Source of the DNA: an uncultured Chthonomonadaceae bacterium
GTDB taxonomy: Bacteria > Armatimonadota > Chthonomonadetes > Chthonomonadales > Chthonomonadaceae
Direction of reading: 5' to 3'
Assembly: GCA_963835065.1 (NCBI GenBank)
Contig: CAWIEK010000060.1
Coordinates: 132,293 to 196,292, forward strand
DNA length: 64,000 nucleotides
A program made the translations under genes and the position numbers. Positions 12,113 to 22,302 of this stretch are shown one piece after another. The notes beneath the pieces are model-generated. The model was not told the DNA's origin, did no database searches, and saw nothing but the letters and a program-made list of their open reading frames with translations. Within the stretch, counting starts at the first letter, position 1; each line of letters begins with the position of its first letter.

Positions 12113-13471
12113 ATGCACCCTACGCTCGACAAGAAGATTGCTTCCGCGCAGCCATTGTCGCTGATGCACCCGCAAACGGCCACTGTGCTTATGCTGATTA
12201 CCGTCAGCGCGGTTTCCAGCGCATTCTGGTATTCGCCCAACCTGGCTCTGGCGCTTGTATTCGTAGCGTTATGCGTTCTGGTGGCGCACAAACATCGTTC
12301 CTGGTTTGTCCTCGCTGCCTACGCTTGCTTTCCCTTTCAGAGTTCCCTTACAGGGGAAAATGTAGCGGGTAACTTCAGCGTTTCCGATGCCCTCTTGATC
12401 ATCGCCTTCTTGTCACTGCCCCTTTTGCTGCTACACAAACGGCGCCTGGTCGTTGGCCCGGCAGGTATTGGCCTGCTCTTGTTTCTTGGCCTTGCCTCCA
12501 TTTCTTCTGCGCTCCATTGGGAAGGAATGACCACTGCCGTATCGCTGGCGCGCATGTGGGTTGCTACTCTCCTGCCGGTTCTGCTGTTCGCCAATGGGGA
12601 TAGCCGCCTGTCTCTTGCGCACCGTTGCTTCGCTCTTTTCCTGATAGGCATTAATGTCCTGAGCATCGGCAGCATACTTGCGTTCTTTCAGGGAGGGATC
12701 AATGCCAGCATGTATGCAATGGGCAACCACAAAAATCTCCTCGGGCCAATGTACGGCTGTGGTATCGTCACTGCGCTCACCTACTTGTTTACAGGGCAGG
12801 CGCGGGGCAGGCGGCGCGTATGGCTGGCGCTCACTATTGTTGGCGCAAGTATCGGCTGCCTGTTGTCTCTGTCGCGGGGTGGATGGGTCGCAACAGCCGT
12901 CGCTTTTGCGCTGCTGCTCCTCATGCTGCGGCAGTTGAAGGTCTTAGTCATCAGCCTTTTGGTAATGGTTCCCGTGCTGTTCGTCGTTTGGCACATGCTG
13001 CCCGAAAAAGCGACTGATTATGCCTCCGATGTATCCGCCAATGCGCACACTACTCAGACTCGATTAGTAACTATCAACCAGGTCATGGATGCCTACTATG
13101 AAAGTCCTTTGATTGGAGTGGGCGTTGGACTGCGTAAGAAGCTGGAGCCGCATAACGTTCTGGTGTTGACGCTTGGGGAAGAAGGCATTTTGGGCGTGTG
13201 TTGTTTTATCGGCATGTTCGCCGGAGGCTTTTACACCTTTGCGGTTGCGTGGCGATGTTCGCGGGATGAGCCGGAAGCGCAACAAATCGTAATCATTGGC
13301 GTATGCCTGCTGTGTCTTTCCCTTGTTGCAGGCATGATGGACGTGTATTGGCGGCGGGGAGTTGGTTTTCTTGGGTGGGCGTCCGTGGGGATGGCTGTCA
13401 ATCTTATTGATCCCAAACGACGGCGCGCAAGTATTCCGCGCGCTTCCCTTCCTCAAAACGGAGCCGCATGA
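12113..13471 (+). CDS. O-antigen ligase/polymerase (Wzy_C) family membrane protein
   Basis: Polytopic; HKN, LSLSRGGW, PLIGVGVG, PHN motifs. Confidence 0.85.
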   Translation: MHPTLDKKIASAQPLSLMHPQTATVLMLITVSAVSSAFWYSPNLALALVFVALCVLVAHKHRSWFVLAAYACFPFQSSLTGENVAGNFSVSDALLIIAFLSLPLLLLHKRRLVVGPAGIGLLLFLGLASISSALHWEGMTTAVSLARMWVATLLPVLLFANGDSRLSLAHRCFALFLIGINVLSIGSILAFFQGGINASMYAMGNHKNLLGPMYGCGIVTALTYLFTGQARGRRRVWLALTIVGASIGCLLSLSRGGWVATAVAFALLLLMLRQLKVLVISLLVMVPVLFVVWHMLPEKATDYASDVSANAHTTQTRLVTINQVMDAYYESPLIGVGVGLRKKLEPHNVLVLTLGEEGILGVCCFIGMFAGGFYTFAVAWRCSRDEPEAQQIVIIGVCLLCLSLVAGMMDVYWRRGVGFLGWASVGMAVNLIDPKRRRASIPRASLPQNGAA

Positions 13472-14674
13472 TGTCCGTTCCGAACCCTGGCAGCCTCCGA
13501 ACGGATTCAACTCCGCACATTCTCGTAGATGCCCGCTTTCGGGCACAGCAGCGTGGCGGAGACCGCTGCCGTTTCGAGCTTGCCGCGCATCTGGCGGAAC
13601 AAGCGCAGGCGCGCTACACCTTTCTTGCATACGAGCAAACCCGCGAAACGCTGACGGGCCGATTGGCCGGCGACGCGCGCATTGTCGCCAGCCCTTACCT
13701 GCCCAATCAGCATCCGCAATTTGATTGGTTTGAAAACCTCGGCTTGCCCCGCCTGGCGCATCGCGTCCATGCCGATATATATCATGGCACGTTTCAGGTG
13801 TTGCCCCTCCTGCCCGGCGCGTGCCCGGCTGTGGTCACACTGCATGATATGGCCCTATGGGCGATGCCGGAGGGTTATGGAAAACGGTTTGGACCTTATA
13901 TGCGCTATCTTGTTACGGGCAGCCTGAAATCGAGCGTCTCACATTATAACGGTGACTGACGCCACGCGGCGCGAACTGCTGCATTACCTGCCGGATGTGA
14001 AAGCGCCCATCAGCGTTATCTGGAACGGCGTGGGCGCTGAGTTCCTGCGCGCGGCGCGCTTATCGGAGGAAGTCACGCAGGAAACCTGCCGCAGGCTCAA
14101 CATTCCCATGCCCTACATCCTGTTCGTGGGCAATCTGGAACCCAAGAAAAATCTCGTCCGGCTGGTAGAAGCGTTTCGACGCATGCATGCCGCTTCCAAT
14201 CTGCCGCATACCCTTGTGATCGTAGGCAAGAAGCTGGAGGAGGGACCAGAGAGTGGCCTCACCGATGCTGACATTCGCGGCCCAATTCACTTTACGGGAT
14301 ACGTGGAGGATGCCGACCTGCCAAACCTGTATCGGGGCGCGGAACTCGTTGCGGTGCCTTCTTTATACGAAGGCTTCGGCATGCAAATACTGGAAGGCAT
14401 GGCGGCAGGCGTACCCGTGCTGACTTCCTCCGTTTCCTGCCTGCCGGAAGTGGCTGGCGGCGCGGCGTGGCTGGTCAACCCGCTTGATGTGGAAGACATG
14501 GCAACGGGATTGTATCGCGCTTTGACGGATCAGGATTGGCGACGCCAGGCAATCCAAGCCGGCAGCGCCCGCGCGCAGGAACTTTCGTGGGATGCCAACG
14601 CCCGCAAAACGGCTGCGGTCTATCAGGAAGTTTATGAGCGTTGCTGCCGCAAAAATACAGCGGCGAACACATAA
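13468..14674 (+). CDS. GT4 glycosyltransferase (mannosyltransferase-like; frameshift near 13935)
   Basis: VVTLHD, VGNLEPKKN, PSLYEGFGMQILEGMAAGVPV. Confidence 0.9.
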
Positions 14675-14712
14675 AACCTCGTCTGTAAAGTAACAAGGGG
14701 CCATTGGCGACC

Positions 14713-15882
14713 ATGCGCGTTTTGCTGATCTCTCATACCTGCCAGTCGCCTACGGAGGGGCAGCCGAAAGCGGAATGGCTGGCGCGCATGCCGGATGTTG
14801 AATTGCGCGTCCTGATTCCTGACCGCTGGAAACACTACGGACGCTGGCGGCAGGCAAGCGTTGCCAAAGATTCCTGCGCGACGTACCATGTCGGGCGGGT
14901 TGCCTGTCCCTGGATCGGGCGGGCGCAATTTTACCTGCATTGGTATCCCGAACTGGCGCGGCTTTTGCGCGAGTTTCAGCCGGATATGATTGATTTGTGG
15001 GAAGAACCCTGGGGACTGGTCAGCGCGCATACGTGCCGCCTGCGCAGCAGACTCTTGCCAAACGCCAAAATCGTTTCGGAAACCGAGCAGAACATTCACA
15101 AGAACCTGCCCGCGCCCTTTGAAGCGTTCCGCGCGTATACGCTGCGCCATGCGGATTTTGTCGTGGGACGCAATGCGGAAGCGCTCGATGTGGTACGCCG
15201 CAAGGGGTATCGAGGCGCGGCGCAGGTGGTTCCTAATGCCGTAGACACGGGCTTGTTTCGGCCTTTGGACAAATCAGCCTGTCGGCAGTCGCTGGAATTG
15301 TCCGGGTTTGTGGCCGGGTATGTGGGACGCCTGGTGGAAGAAAAAGGCTTGCGGGACATGATAGACGCTTTGGCCTTTTGCCCGGAACATATTCACCTGC
15401 TGTTTGTGGGCGAAGGCCCGTATCAATCCGTTTTGGAACAGCGCGCGAGAGAAATTGGTAAAACCGCGCAAGCGCGTTTCCTGCCCAAGCGCCCACTGGA
15501 AGAACTGCCCGTCGTGATGAACGCCCTGGACGCGCTGGTTCTCGTTTCGCGCACCACGCCGCGCTGGAAAGAACAGTTCGGGCGCGTGTTAATCGAAGCG
15601 CATGCCTGCCGAACGCCCGTGATCGGTTCCACATCCGGCGCGATCCCCGAAGTGGTTGGCAAGGGAGGACTGATCGTGCCTGAACACAATCCCCGCGCCC
15701 TCGCCGAAGCGCTGCTGAAATTGGACAGCGATCCCGATTTGCGCCTTCAATTGGGAGAAGCGGGACGCTGCCAGGTGGAACAGCAGTATACCTGGCAGCA
15801 GGTCGCGCAGCGGATGCATGCTATTTATCAACGTGTGTCAGCCCCTTTGCCGACGCGCCCGCCGGGAGAACTGATCTCGTGA
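14713..15882 (+). CDS. GT4 glycosyltransferase
   Basis: GYVGRLVEEKG and WKEQFGRVLIEAHAC. Confidence 0.92.
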   Translation: MRVLLISHTCQSPTEGQPKAEWLARMPDVELRVLIPDRWKHYGRWRQASVAKDSCATYHVGRVACPWIGRAQFYLHWYPELARLLREFQPDMIDLWEEPWGLVSAHTCRLRSRLLPNAKIVSETEQNIHKNLPAPFEAFRAYTLRHADFVVGRNAEALDVVRRKGYRGAAQVVPNAVDTGLFRPLDKSACRQSLELSGFVAGYVGRLVEEKGLRDMIDALAFCPEHIHLLFVGEGPYQSVLEQRAREIGKTAQARFLPKRPLEELPVVMNALDALVLVSRTTPRWKEQFGRVLIEAHACRTPVIGSTSGAIPEVVGKGGLIVPEHNPRALAEALLKLDSDPDLRLQLGEAGRCQVEQQYTWQQVAQRMHAIYQRVSAPLPTRPPGELIS

Positions 15883-17187
15883 ACGCCTCGCCCTTGCCTG
15901 CTTCCACTGCGGCGGCTCCCAAAAACAACATCAAAACCATTCTGTTCTTCGACCATACCGCCAGTTTGGGCGGGGGCGAAGTCGCCCTGCTCAATCTGGT
16001 GCAGGGGCTGGATCGGACTCGCTATCGCCCGCTCGTGATTTTGGGTTCTGAAGGAAGGCTGCAAGCCAAACTGACGGAAGCGGGCGTGGAAACTCAGATT
16101 TTGCCGATTTCCGCCGAAGTGGTGGAAACGCGCAAGGACACGCTGGGGGCGGGCAGCCTGCTGCGCCTGCGGGCTATAACACAGTCCGCCACGTATGCCG
16201 CGAAACTGGCGCGGCTTATTCGGCGCGAAAACGCCGCGCTGGTACACACCAATTCCCTCAAAGCCGACATTATCGGGGGCATGGCGGCACGAATGGCGCG
16301 CGTTCCCGTAATATGGCATGTGCGCGACCGCATCGAAACAGATTACCTGCCCCGCCCCGTCGTGATGCTGTTTCGCAGATTGTGCCGATTCGTGCCGAAC
16401 TATATCATCGCCAATTCCACCGCCACGCTCCAAACGCTGCATTTGCCGTCCAACCGTTCCGCTTCGACTGTGTACAGCGGCGTGGCTGCCGAGCGCGGGC
16501 GCGTGGTGCATGACGGCGTGGCTCCCGAAGCCTTTTCCCACGAAGCGGCAGCGACTTCCGACAGCCCGGTTATCGGCTTGATCGGGCGTATCAGTCCGTG
16601 GAAAGGGCAGCATATCTTTGTGGAAATGGCCGCGCAGGTGCATGCCCGCTTTCCCAATGCCCGCTTCCAGGTTTGCGGTTCGCCCCTGTTCGGCGAGGAA
16701 GCGTATGAAGCCCAGGTGCGCGCGCAGGTGCGGCAATTGGGACTGGAAACCTGCGTGGAGTTTTTGGGCTTCCGCTCGGATGTGTACCAGCGTGATTCAG
16801 AACATGGATATTGTCGTGCATGCGTCCACAACGGGGGAACCGTTCGGGCAGGTGATTGTGGAAGGCATGGCGGCGGGAAAGCCCGTCGTGGCGACCCGGG
16901 GCGGCGGCGTCCCGGAAATCGTGGAAGACGGCGTGACCGGGCGACTGGTTCCCATGAACGACGTTCCCCAAATGGCCGCCGCCGTTCTTGATTTGCTTTC
17001 CAATCCGCAGGCTGCGCGAGCAATGGGGCAGGCCGGCTACCGGCGCGTTCAGGAGCAGTTCACCATCGAACACAGCATCCGGCGCGTGGAAAGCATTTAT
17101 GACAGCATCCTGGGAAGGGATCGGGGTCAGGGTTCAGGGGTCAGGATTAGTTGCGCCTCCTTCCGCATCTTCCTTACAAGGGCGTGA
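15879..17187 (+). CDS. GT4 glycosyltransferase (frameshift near 16785)
   Basis: LGGGE, GRISPWKGQ, EPFGQVIVEGMAAGKPVV; the 3' end runs through a repeat cassette. Confidence 0.9.
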
Positions 17188-17233
17188 TGAAGAAGACGTT
17201 TTTCCTGATCCCTGACCCCTGAATCCTGACCCC
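17117..17233. repeat. Palindromic cassette of GGGTCAG-type heptamer repeats
   Basis: Left arm 17117-17146 GGGATCGGGGTCAGGGTTCAGGGGTCAGGA; reverse-complement arm 17203-17233. Confidence 0.85.
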
Positions 17234-17247
17234 TTCTTGAAAAGACT

Positions 17248-18156
17248 ATGCCGCAAATAACCGTTGGTTTCAAAACCGATGTCGGGCGCGTTCGCACTCA
17301 AAATCAAGACAGTCTCGCGGTTGTGTCCGCTGAAGAATTGGGCGGGCGGGCGCAGGGGTTGTTTATCGTTGCCGATGGCGTCGGCGGCAATCGCAAGGGT
17401 GGCGAGGTAGCCAGCCGCATTGCCGTAGACACCATCACAGATGCTGTGCGCTCGTCCCTGACAGCCGCCGATACGCTCCCCGTCGCCGAACTGGAAGCGC
17501 TTCTTCATGCAAGCCTGAAAGCCGCTAATGCTGCCGTATGGCAGCAGGCGCACCGCGTGTACGAACAGCATGGCATGGGAACGACGTGCGTACTGGCGCT
17601 GCTGCGGGATGCGGATTTGATTGTCGGCAATGTCGGCGACAGCCGCTGCTACCTGCTGCGCAAGGGACGGCTGGATCAATTAACGCACGACCACGCCTTT
17701 TTAGACTTGGGGCGGGGTTCGCGCCGTTCCGAAGGCGAAGCCGGAAATCATATGCAGTTTCGTCACATCATGACGCGCGCTATCGGGTATGCCAGCGTTG
17801 TGGAGCCGGAAGTGGAACCGTTTTGCCTGCGGGAAGGGGATGCTATCCTGCTGTGCAGCGATGGCTTGACGCGGATGCTTGACCATGCCGAAATTACAAA
17901 CCTGATGACAGCCGGCGCCATGCCGCAGGAAATCTGCAAGCGCCTGGTGGCGGCGGCCAACGCCAAAGGCGGCGACGACAATATTACCGCCATTGTAATC
18001 CATTATGGAGCCGTTACTCCACCCGCGCCCACTCCGGTCAGCCCCGGCAGCGCCACACCCCAAAGTGAAAGCAACGCCGACAACAGCGTTTCTGCGGAAA
18101 CGCCGACACGTTCGTGGCGGCGGAAACTGCATCGCCTGCTGAAACGCCAACACTAA
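17248..18156 (+). CDS. PP2C/PPM-family Ser/Thr protein phosphatase (PrpC/Stp-like)
   Basis: TDVGRVR.QNQD, VADGVGG, GMGTT, VGDSR, LCSDGL, GGDDNIT. Confidence 0.95.
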   Translation: MPQITVGFKTDVGRVRTQNQDSLAVVSAEELGGRAQGLFIVADGVGGNRKGGEVASRIAVDTITDAVRSSLTAADTLPVAELEALLHASLKAANAAVWQQAHRVYEQHGMGTTCVLALLRDADLIVGNVGDSRCYLLRKGRLDQLTHDHAFLDLGRGSRRSEGEAGNHMQFRHIMTRAIGYASVVEPEVEPFCLREGDAILLCSDGLTRMLDHAEITNLMTAGAMPQEICKRLVAAANAKGGDDNITAIVIHYGAVTPPAPTPVSPGSATPQSESNADNSVSAETPTRSWRRKLHRLLKRQH

Positions 18157-18257
18157 AACCTTAAAACGTCTCTCCTACCGGTATAACTGCCAGCATAATT
18201 TAGCCACGCATATTTTTTTATGAAAAAGTTGGCGAATAGCGTGATTTTGCGGGCACT

Positions 18258-18273
18258 TGGCACAAATTATGCA
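18258..18273 (+). promoter_or_regulatory. Putative sigma-54 (-24/-12) promoter
   Basis: TGGCACAAATTATGCA has exact GG-N10-GC spacing, about 95 bp upstream of a PEP-CTERM gene. Confidence 0.65.
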
Positions 18274-18367
18274 ATACTTAAGTATGTCAGGCAAACCAAG
18301 TGTTTCGTTCAGCATTTTGTTCCAAGCCCGCGCGCTTTTCTCTCGCTACCTTAAAGGAGACCTTTTT

Positions 18368-19258
18368 ATGATCCGTCACGTTCGACATTTGTTCACCGGC
18401 CTTGCTTTAGCTGCCGGGCTTTCTTGTTCCGTATTCGCGTCCGCACAAACCATTTATGTCGCGGGCGGCCCCATCAGCGCAGCCGCAACGCCAGGCGTTC
18501 TCGGAACCATCAATCCCATTACAGGCGTATTCTCCCTGATTGGCACCACCAGCACCGAGCTGACCGGCATTGCCTTCTCCCCTATCACCGGCGTTCTGTA
18601 CGGGGTGAGCGCGGATGCAACCACGCTTTACACAGTGAACGCCGCGACAGGCGCGCTGACTACTGTTGGCGCGACAGGGTTGGGAACGGGCACCTTCGAT
18701 ATCGCCGATGGGCTTGCTTTCCGTTCCGATGGCACACTGTTCCTGGCGGACGCTACCGGCGCGGGGGGATCGGCGAGCAACCTGTATACGGTGAGTACAA
18801 CGACGGGCGCGGCCTCTGTCGTTGGCGCTATCGGCAACCAGTCTTCGGCCACCATCGGCTTCGACGGCAGCGGCAACCTGTTTGAGATCAACAACCAGGT
18901 TACGCCTAATACCCTTGTGTCCCTGAACCAGTCCACCGGCGCGGGAACCACTGTCGGCAGCGTTCCCTTCCGGGACATCAGCGGCCTGGCCTTCTCGAAC
19001 GGAATCCTTTTTGGTTTCACCGACACCAACCAATCCGGCGCGAACACTACAAACTCGGTTGTCGCAGTGAACACAACGACAGCCGGGGCCACGTTCATCA
19101 GTTCGTATAATCTGGGCAACGGCAACGTTATCACTGCGGCCACGCCGTTTCAGGGCGCGGCGGTTCCCGAACCCTCCACGCTTGCCCTGCTGATGGGCAT
19201 GGGCGTGACCGGCACGGGCGTGTTCCTGCGCCGCAAGCGCGCCACTGCGTCCGCGTAA
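18368..19258 (+). CDS. PEP-CTERM surface protein, Thr/Gly/Ser-rich with beta-propeller-like repeats
   Basis: AAAGGAGA RBS; signal peptide ending ASA-Q; G[IL]AF..G.L[YF] repeats; C-term VPEPSTLALL-TM-RRKR. Confidence 0.93.
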   Translation: MIRHVRHLFTGLALAAGLSCSVFASAQTIYVAGGPISAAATPGVLGTINPITGVFSLIGTTSTELTGIAFSPITGVLYGVSADATTLYTVNAATGALTTVGATGLGTGTFDIADGLAFRSDGTLFLADATGAGGSASNLYTVSTTTGAASVVGAIGNQSSATIGFDGSGNLFEINNQVTPNTLVSLNQSTGAGTTVGSVPFRDISGLAFSNGILFGFTDTNQSGANTTNSVVAVNTTTAGATFISSYNLGNGNVITAATPFQGAAVPEPSTLALLMGMGVTGTGVFLRRKRATASA

Positions 19259-19299
19259 GCGGTAACGCGATGTCTCGCGCGGCGTTACGCCACTTCGAC

Positions 19300-19341
19300 A
19301 GTCACAGGCCGATAGCACCTCGCGGCCTGTGACTATTTCTT
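19300..19341 (+). terminator. Hairpin / probable partial intrinsic terminator after the PEP-CTERM gene
   Basis: 12-bp stem AGTCACAGGCCG/CGGCCTGTGACT followed by ATTTCTT. Confidence 0.6.
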
Positions 19342-19377
19342 GCCGCGCCGTAATCTATCCATAAACTGATAAGTATC

Positions 19378-20274
19378 ATGGCTGTTGCTGAGAAGGAAAC
19401 TGCAAATACGTCGGCGCGGCCCGGCAATTGGCGCGCTGCGCAGGCATGGCGCGGCGATCCTTCCTGCTGGCTGCTGGCAGGCGCGCTGATTGCGCTGTAC
19501 GCGCCCGTATTTGTGGAAACGGCGCATATCTGGCTCGTAGACGCCTACTCCGCGCACGGCTTTTTGATCCCCTTCCTAACCGGCTTGCTCATCTGGTGGC
19601 GCAGGCAGGAACTTGCCGATGCGCCGCGAAGTTGCAATCGTTGGGGGTTCGCGCTGCTGGCAGGCGGGTTGCTGCTGGAAACGGCAGCCTGGTACGCCCG
19701 TATTCGCGTGTTCGCCATGCTGTCGCTGGTTCCCGTTCTGCTGGGCGCGTCGCTGCTGTTGGGCGGTTCGCGCATCACGCGCATACTGCTGTTTCCCCTG
19801 CTGTTTTTGGGGTTTGCGGCTCCCCTGCCTACCTGGCTGGTGCAGCCGGTCAGTTTTCCCATTCAAAACATCTCCTGCCGCGCCGCAAGCTGGAGTGTGC
19901 AGCAGACGGGCGTTCCCATCTCGCAGGAGGGGTTCACCATCGGCCTGTCCAATGGAAGTTCGCTGGAAGTGGCCGAGGAGTGCAGCGGCTTCAAGAAAAC
20001 GCTGACGATAACCGTGTTCGCCTGCTTTTACGCTTCGCTGTTTGCCATTCCGCTGTGGAAGCAGGGCGCGCTCGTGCTGCTGGCGATGCCGCTTGCGATT
20101 GTGGCAAATATCGCGCGGGTGTCGGGCTTGATTTTAACCGCGAACGCCTGGGGCATACGCGGCGTTCACTGGCTGCATGATATTGCCGATCCCTTTGTGG
20201 TCGTGCTGTGTTTCGGATTGCTGCTGTGGGCCGGGAGAGTGCTGGGATGCCGAAAATTGCGTTACTCCGTATAG
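19378..20274 (+). CDS. Exosortase (EpsH family)
   Basis: YSAHGFLIP; catalytic-type Cys (VAEECSG), Arg (NIARV) and His (LHD); polytopic. Confidence 0.93.
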   Translation: MAVAEKETANTSARPGNWRAAQAWRGDPSCWLLAGALIALYAPVFVETAHIWLVDAYSAHGFLIPFLTGLLIWWRRQELADAPRSCNRWGFALLAGGLLLETAAWYARIRVFAMLSLVPVLLGASLLLGGSRITRILLFPLLFLGFAAPLPTWLVQPVSFPIQNISCRAASWSVQQTGVPISQEGFTIGLSNGSSLEVAEECSGFKKTLTITVFACFYASLFAIPLWKQGALVLLAMPLAIVANIARVSGLILTANAWGIRGVHWLHDIADPFVVVLCFGLLLWAGRVLGCRKLRYSV

Positions 20275-20909
20275 CCATTTCCGGCCTGCTGCTGCTGGCC
20301 TGCCTGGTCAATCACGCGACTTCCCGGCTGCCCATCCCTCAATTGCGCCTGGTTCCGATTGACCGCCTGCCGCGCCAGATAGGCAATTGGACGTGTACGC
20401 AGGACTTGCCGATTGAGGCCAAAGTGCGCGCGGTGCTGCCGGACGCCGCCTTTTTGTCCCGCGCGTACCGCGACCCGCAGGGACGAACGGCGCAATTGTT
20501 TCTGGAAACTTCGCAGGACGCGCAGATGTTTCATTCGCCGACGCAGTGCATGCCCGCGCAAAACTGGAACATTCTGGACACGCGCCGGGTAGACATACAG
20601 CCTGCCGCTTTGGGCGAAAGCGGACAAAAGATCGCTTCTGCCCAAAACGAACCGAGCGCCGGGGCAACCGAAATGGATATGCAGAGCGCGGGGCAAAATA
20701 TGCTTTTGCTCTACTGGTACACCAGTGAGCGCCAACTGGACAAGTGGCAGGCGTTAAAAACAAAATTGCTGTCCGGGCGCCCTCCCACCCGTCTGTTTGT
20801 CCGCATTCTGGTTCCCGCGTCCGCAGACTTCGGGCCATCCGCGCAAACCGCGCGAGATTTCGCCCAGGCGCTGCTGCCGACTATCACCGAACTGGCAAAT
20901 GCAGGGTGA
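20247..20909 (+). CDS. Exosortase-associated EpsI-family protein
   Basis: Overlaps the exosortase 3' end; LPRQIGNW, RAYRD, FHSPTQCMPAQNW, LYWY. Confidence 0.85.
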   Translation: MPKIALLRIAISGLLLLACLVNHATSRLPIPQLRLVPIDRLPRQIGNWTCTQDLPIEAKVRAVLPDAAFLSRAYRDPQGRTAQLFLETSQDAQMFHSPTQCMPAQNWNILDTRRVDIQPAALGESGQKIASAQNEPSAGATEMDMQSAGQNMLLLYWYTSERQLDKWQALKTKLLSGRPPTRLFVRILVPASADFGPSAQTARDFAQALLPTITELANAG

Positions 20910-21116
20910 GGTTAAAAGTAAACATGACAGGATTACCGGAAATCAGGGAAAACCGGTAGTTCTGGCGTGGGCAAACAGGAAAATCCCGACGGGAATCCCT
21001 ACCGATTTTAAGCAGATTGTGATATTATGTAACTGTTGTCAGTCGGCGGCTTACGCGCCAGGCTGCCGGCTTTGAGAATGGCGCTTACGCAGCCTTGCGA
21101 AAGATAAAACCGAAGT

Positions 21117-22187
21117 ATGGAATCGTCTGAAATCCCCGCTTCCTCGCCGTCCAAACCGGGCGCGCTTCCCCCAATGGGCGGATGGCTTGCGCCGGTTGAT
21201 GAGGGAGACTATTACGAAGAGGAAATCGTTGTTGCGCCCCCCGCGTCCCCCAAAGCCAGGCGAAAACTGGCGCTGATGCTGATTGTGACCCTGCTTGCGG
21301 GGGCGGCGATTGGCGCGCTGGTGACGCGGCAAAGATACAAGGGCAAGCAGGTGGTTGCGTCCGTCAACGGCGTGGTCATTGCGGAGCCGTACTTCTTCCA
21401 TCGCATGGAAATGGAAATCGGCAACGGCACCCTGCGCAAAATCGTCGCGGATGAATTGCAGCTTCAGTATGCGCGTAAACTGGGCGTGTACCCCTCCGAC
21501 CAAGAGGTGCTTGCCCGCTACAAGCAGATGAGCGAGCAGCCGAATTTCGGGCAGTACCTTGCGTCCACGCACCAGGTTCCTGATGATATTTTGCACACGA
21601 TTCGGGTCACGCTTGCCGCCGATGGCCTCGTCACCAAAGGCGCGGCGGTCAGCGATGAGGAAGTTCGGGCGTACTACAATCGCGAGTCCGACAAAAACAA
21701 TCCGCAGGCGCGTTACTACACGCCCAAAACAGTGATCATTGCAGTCATCAAAACACGTTCGCAGGCGCAGATAAATCTGGCGGCGGCGGAACTGGCGAAG
21801 AATGTGGAGTTTGCCAAAGTCGCCGCCAAATACAGCGAGGATGGCAGCCGGCAGTCGGGCGGAACGCTTCCTCCCGTTCCCTATGGCCGCACTCCCGCCA
21901 CGCGGGTTACGGGCGCGCAGGACGCGGTTTTCGGACTGCAAATCGGCGAACAATTGGGGCCGAAGCAAATAGCCGGTTACTGGTGGATCATTCGCTGCCT
22001 GGACAAAAAGCCCGAAGTTCTCCGGCCTTTTGAGGAAGTCAAGGACGAGTGCCGCCACAACCTCTTGATTGCCAAAGGGCTGCCCGCCAACGGCGATAAA
22101 GTGCGCGACGGCTATCGCCAGTTCACGCAGGACGCCACCATCCGCGCCTTCTGGCCGGAATACAAACACGTCATCGGGGCGAAGTAG
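21117..22187 (+). CDS. Membrane-anchored parvulin/PrsA-type peptidyl-prolyl isomerase (EpsD-like)
   Basis: Single TM; VASVNG; FAKVAAKYSEDGSRQSGG. Confidence 0.85.
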   Translation: MESSEIPASSPSKPGALPPMGGWLAPVDEGDYYEEEIVVAPPASPKARRKLALMLIVTLLAGAAIGALVTRQRYKGKQVVASVNGVVIAEPYFFHRMEMEIGNGTLRKIVADELQLQYARKLGVYPSDQEVLARYKQMSEQPNFGQYLASTHQVPDDILHTIRVTLAADGLVTKGAAVSDEEVRAYYNRESDKNNPQARYYTPKTVIIAVIKTRSQAQINLAAAELAKNVEFAKVAAKYSEDGSRQSGGTLPPVPYGRTPATRVTGAQDAVFGLQIGEQLGPKQIAGYWWIIRCLDKKPEVLRPFEEVKDECRHNLLIAKGLPANGDKVRDGYRQFTQDATIRAFWPEYKHVIGAK

Positions 22188-22192
22188 TTTGT

Positions 22193-22277
22193 CGGTGTTC
22201 AGGTGTTCGGTATTCAGGTATTCAGGACAAATGCAAGTCTTTCCAGAACACCCGAATACCTGAACACCTGAACACCG
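22193..22277. repeat. Palindromic cassette of GGT[GA]TTC[AG] repeats
   Basis: Left arm 22193-22226; reverse-complement arm 22243-22277 (GAACACC/GAATACC). Confidence 0.85.
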
Positions 22278-22302
22278 TTCCCTACAAGGTTTAAGCAACA
22301 TA

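Noticed and set aside
20910..21116. c-di-GMP-I riboswitch before the PPIase gene
   Set aside because: GGCAAAC is present, but I could not build the paired P2/P3 architecture
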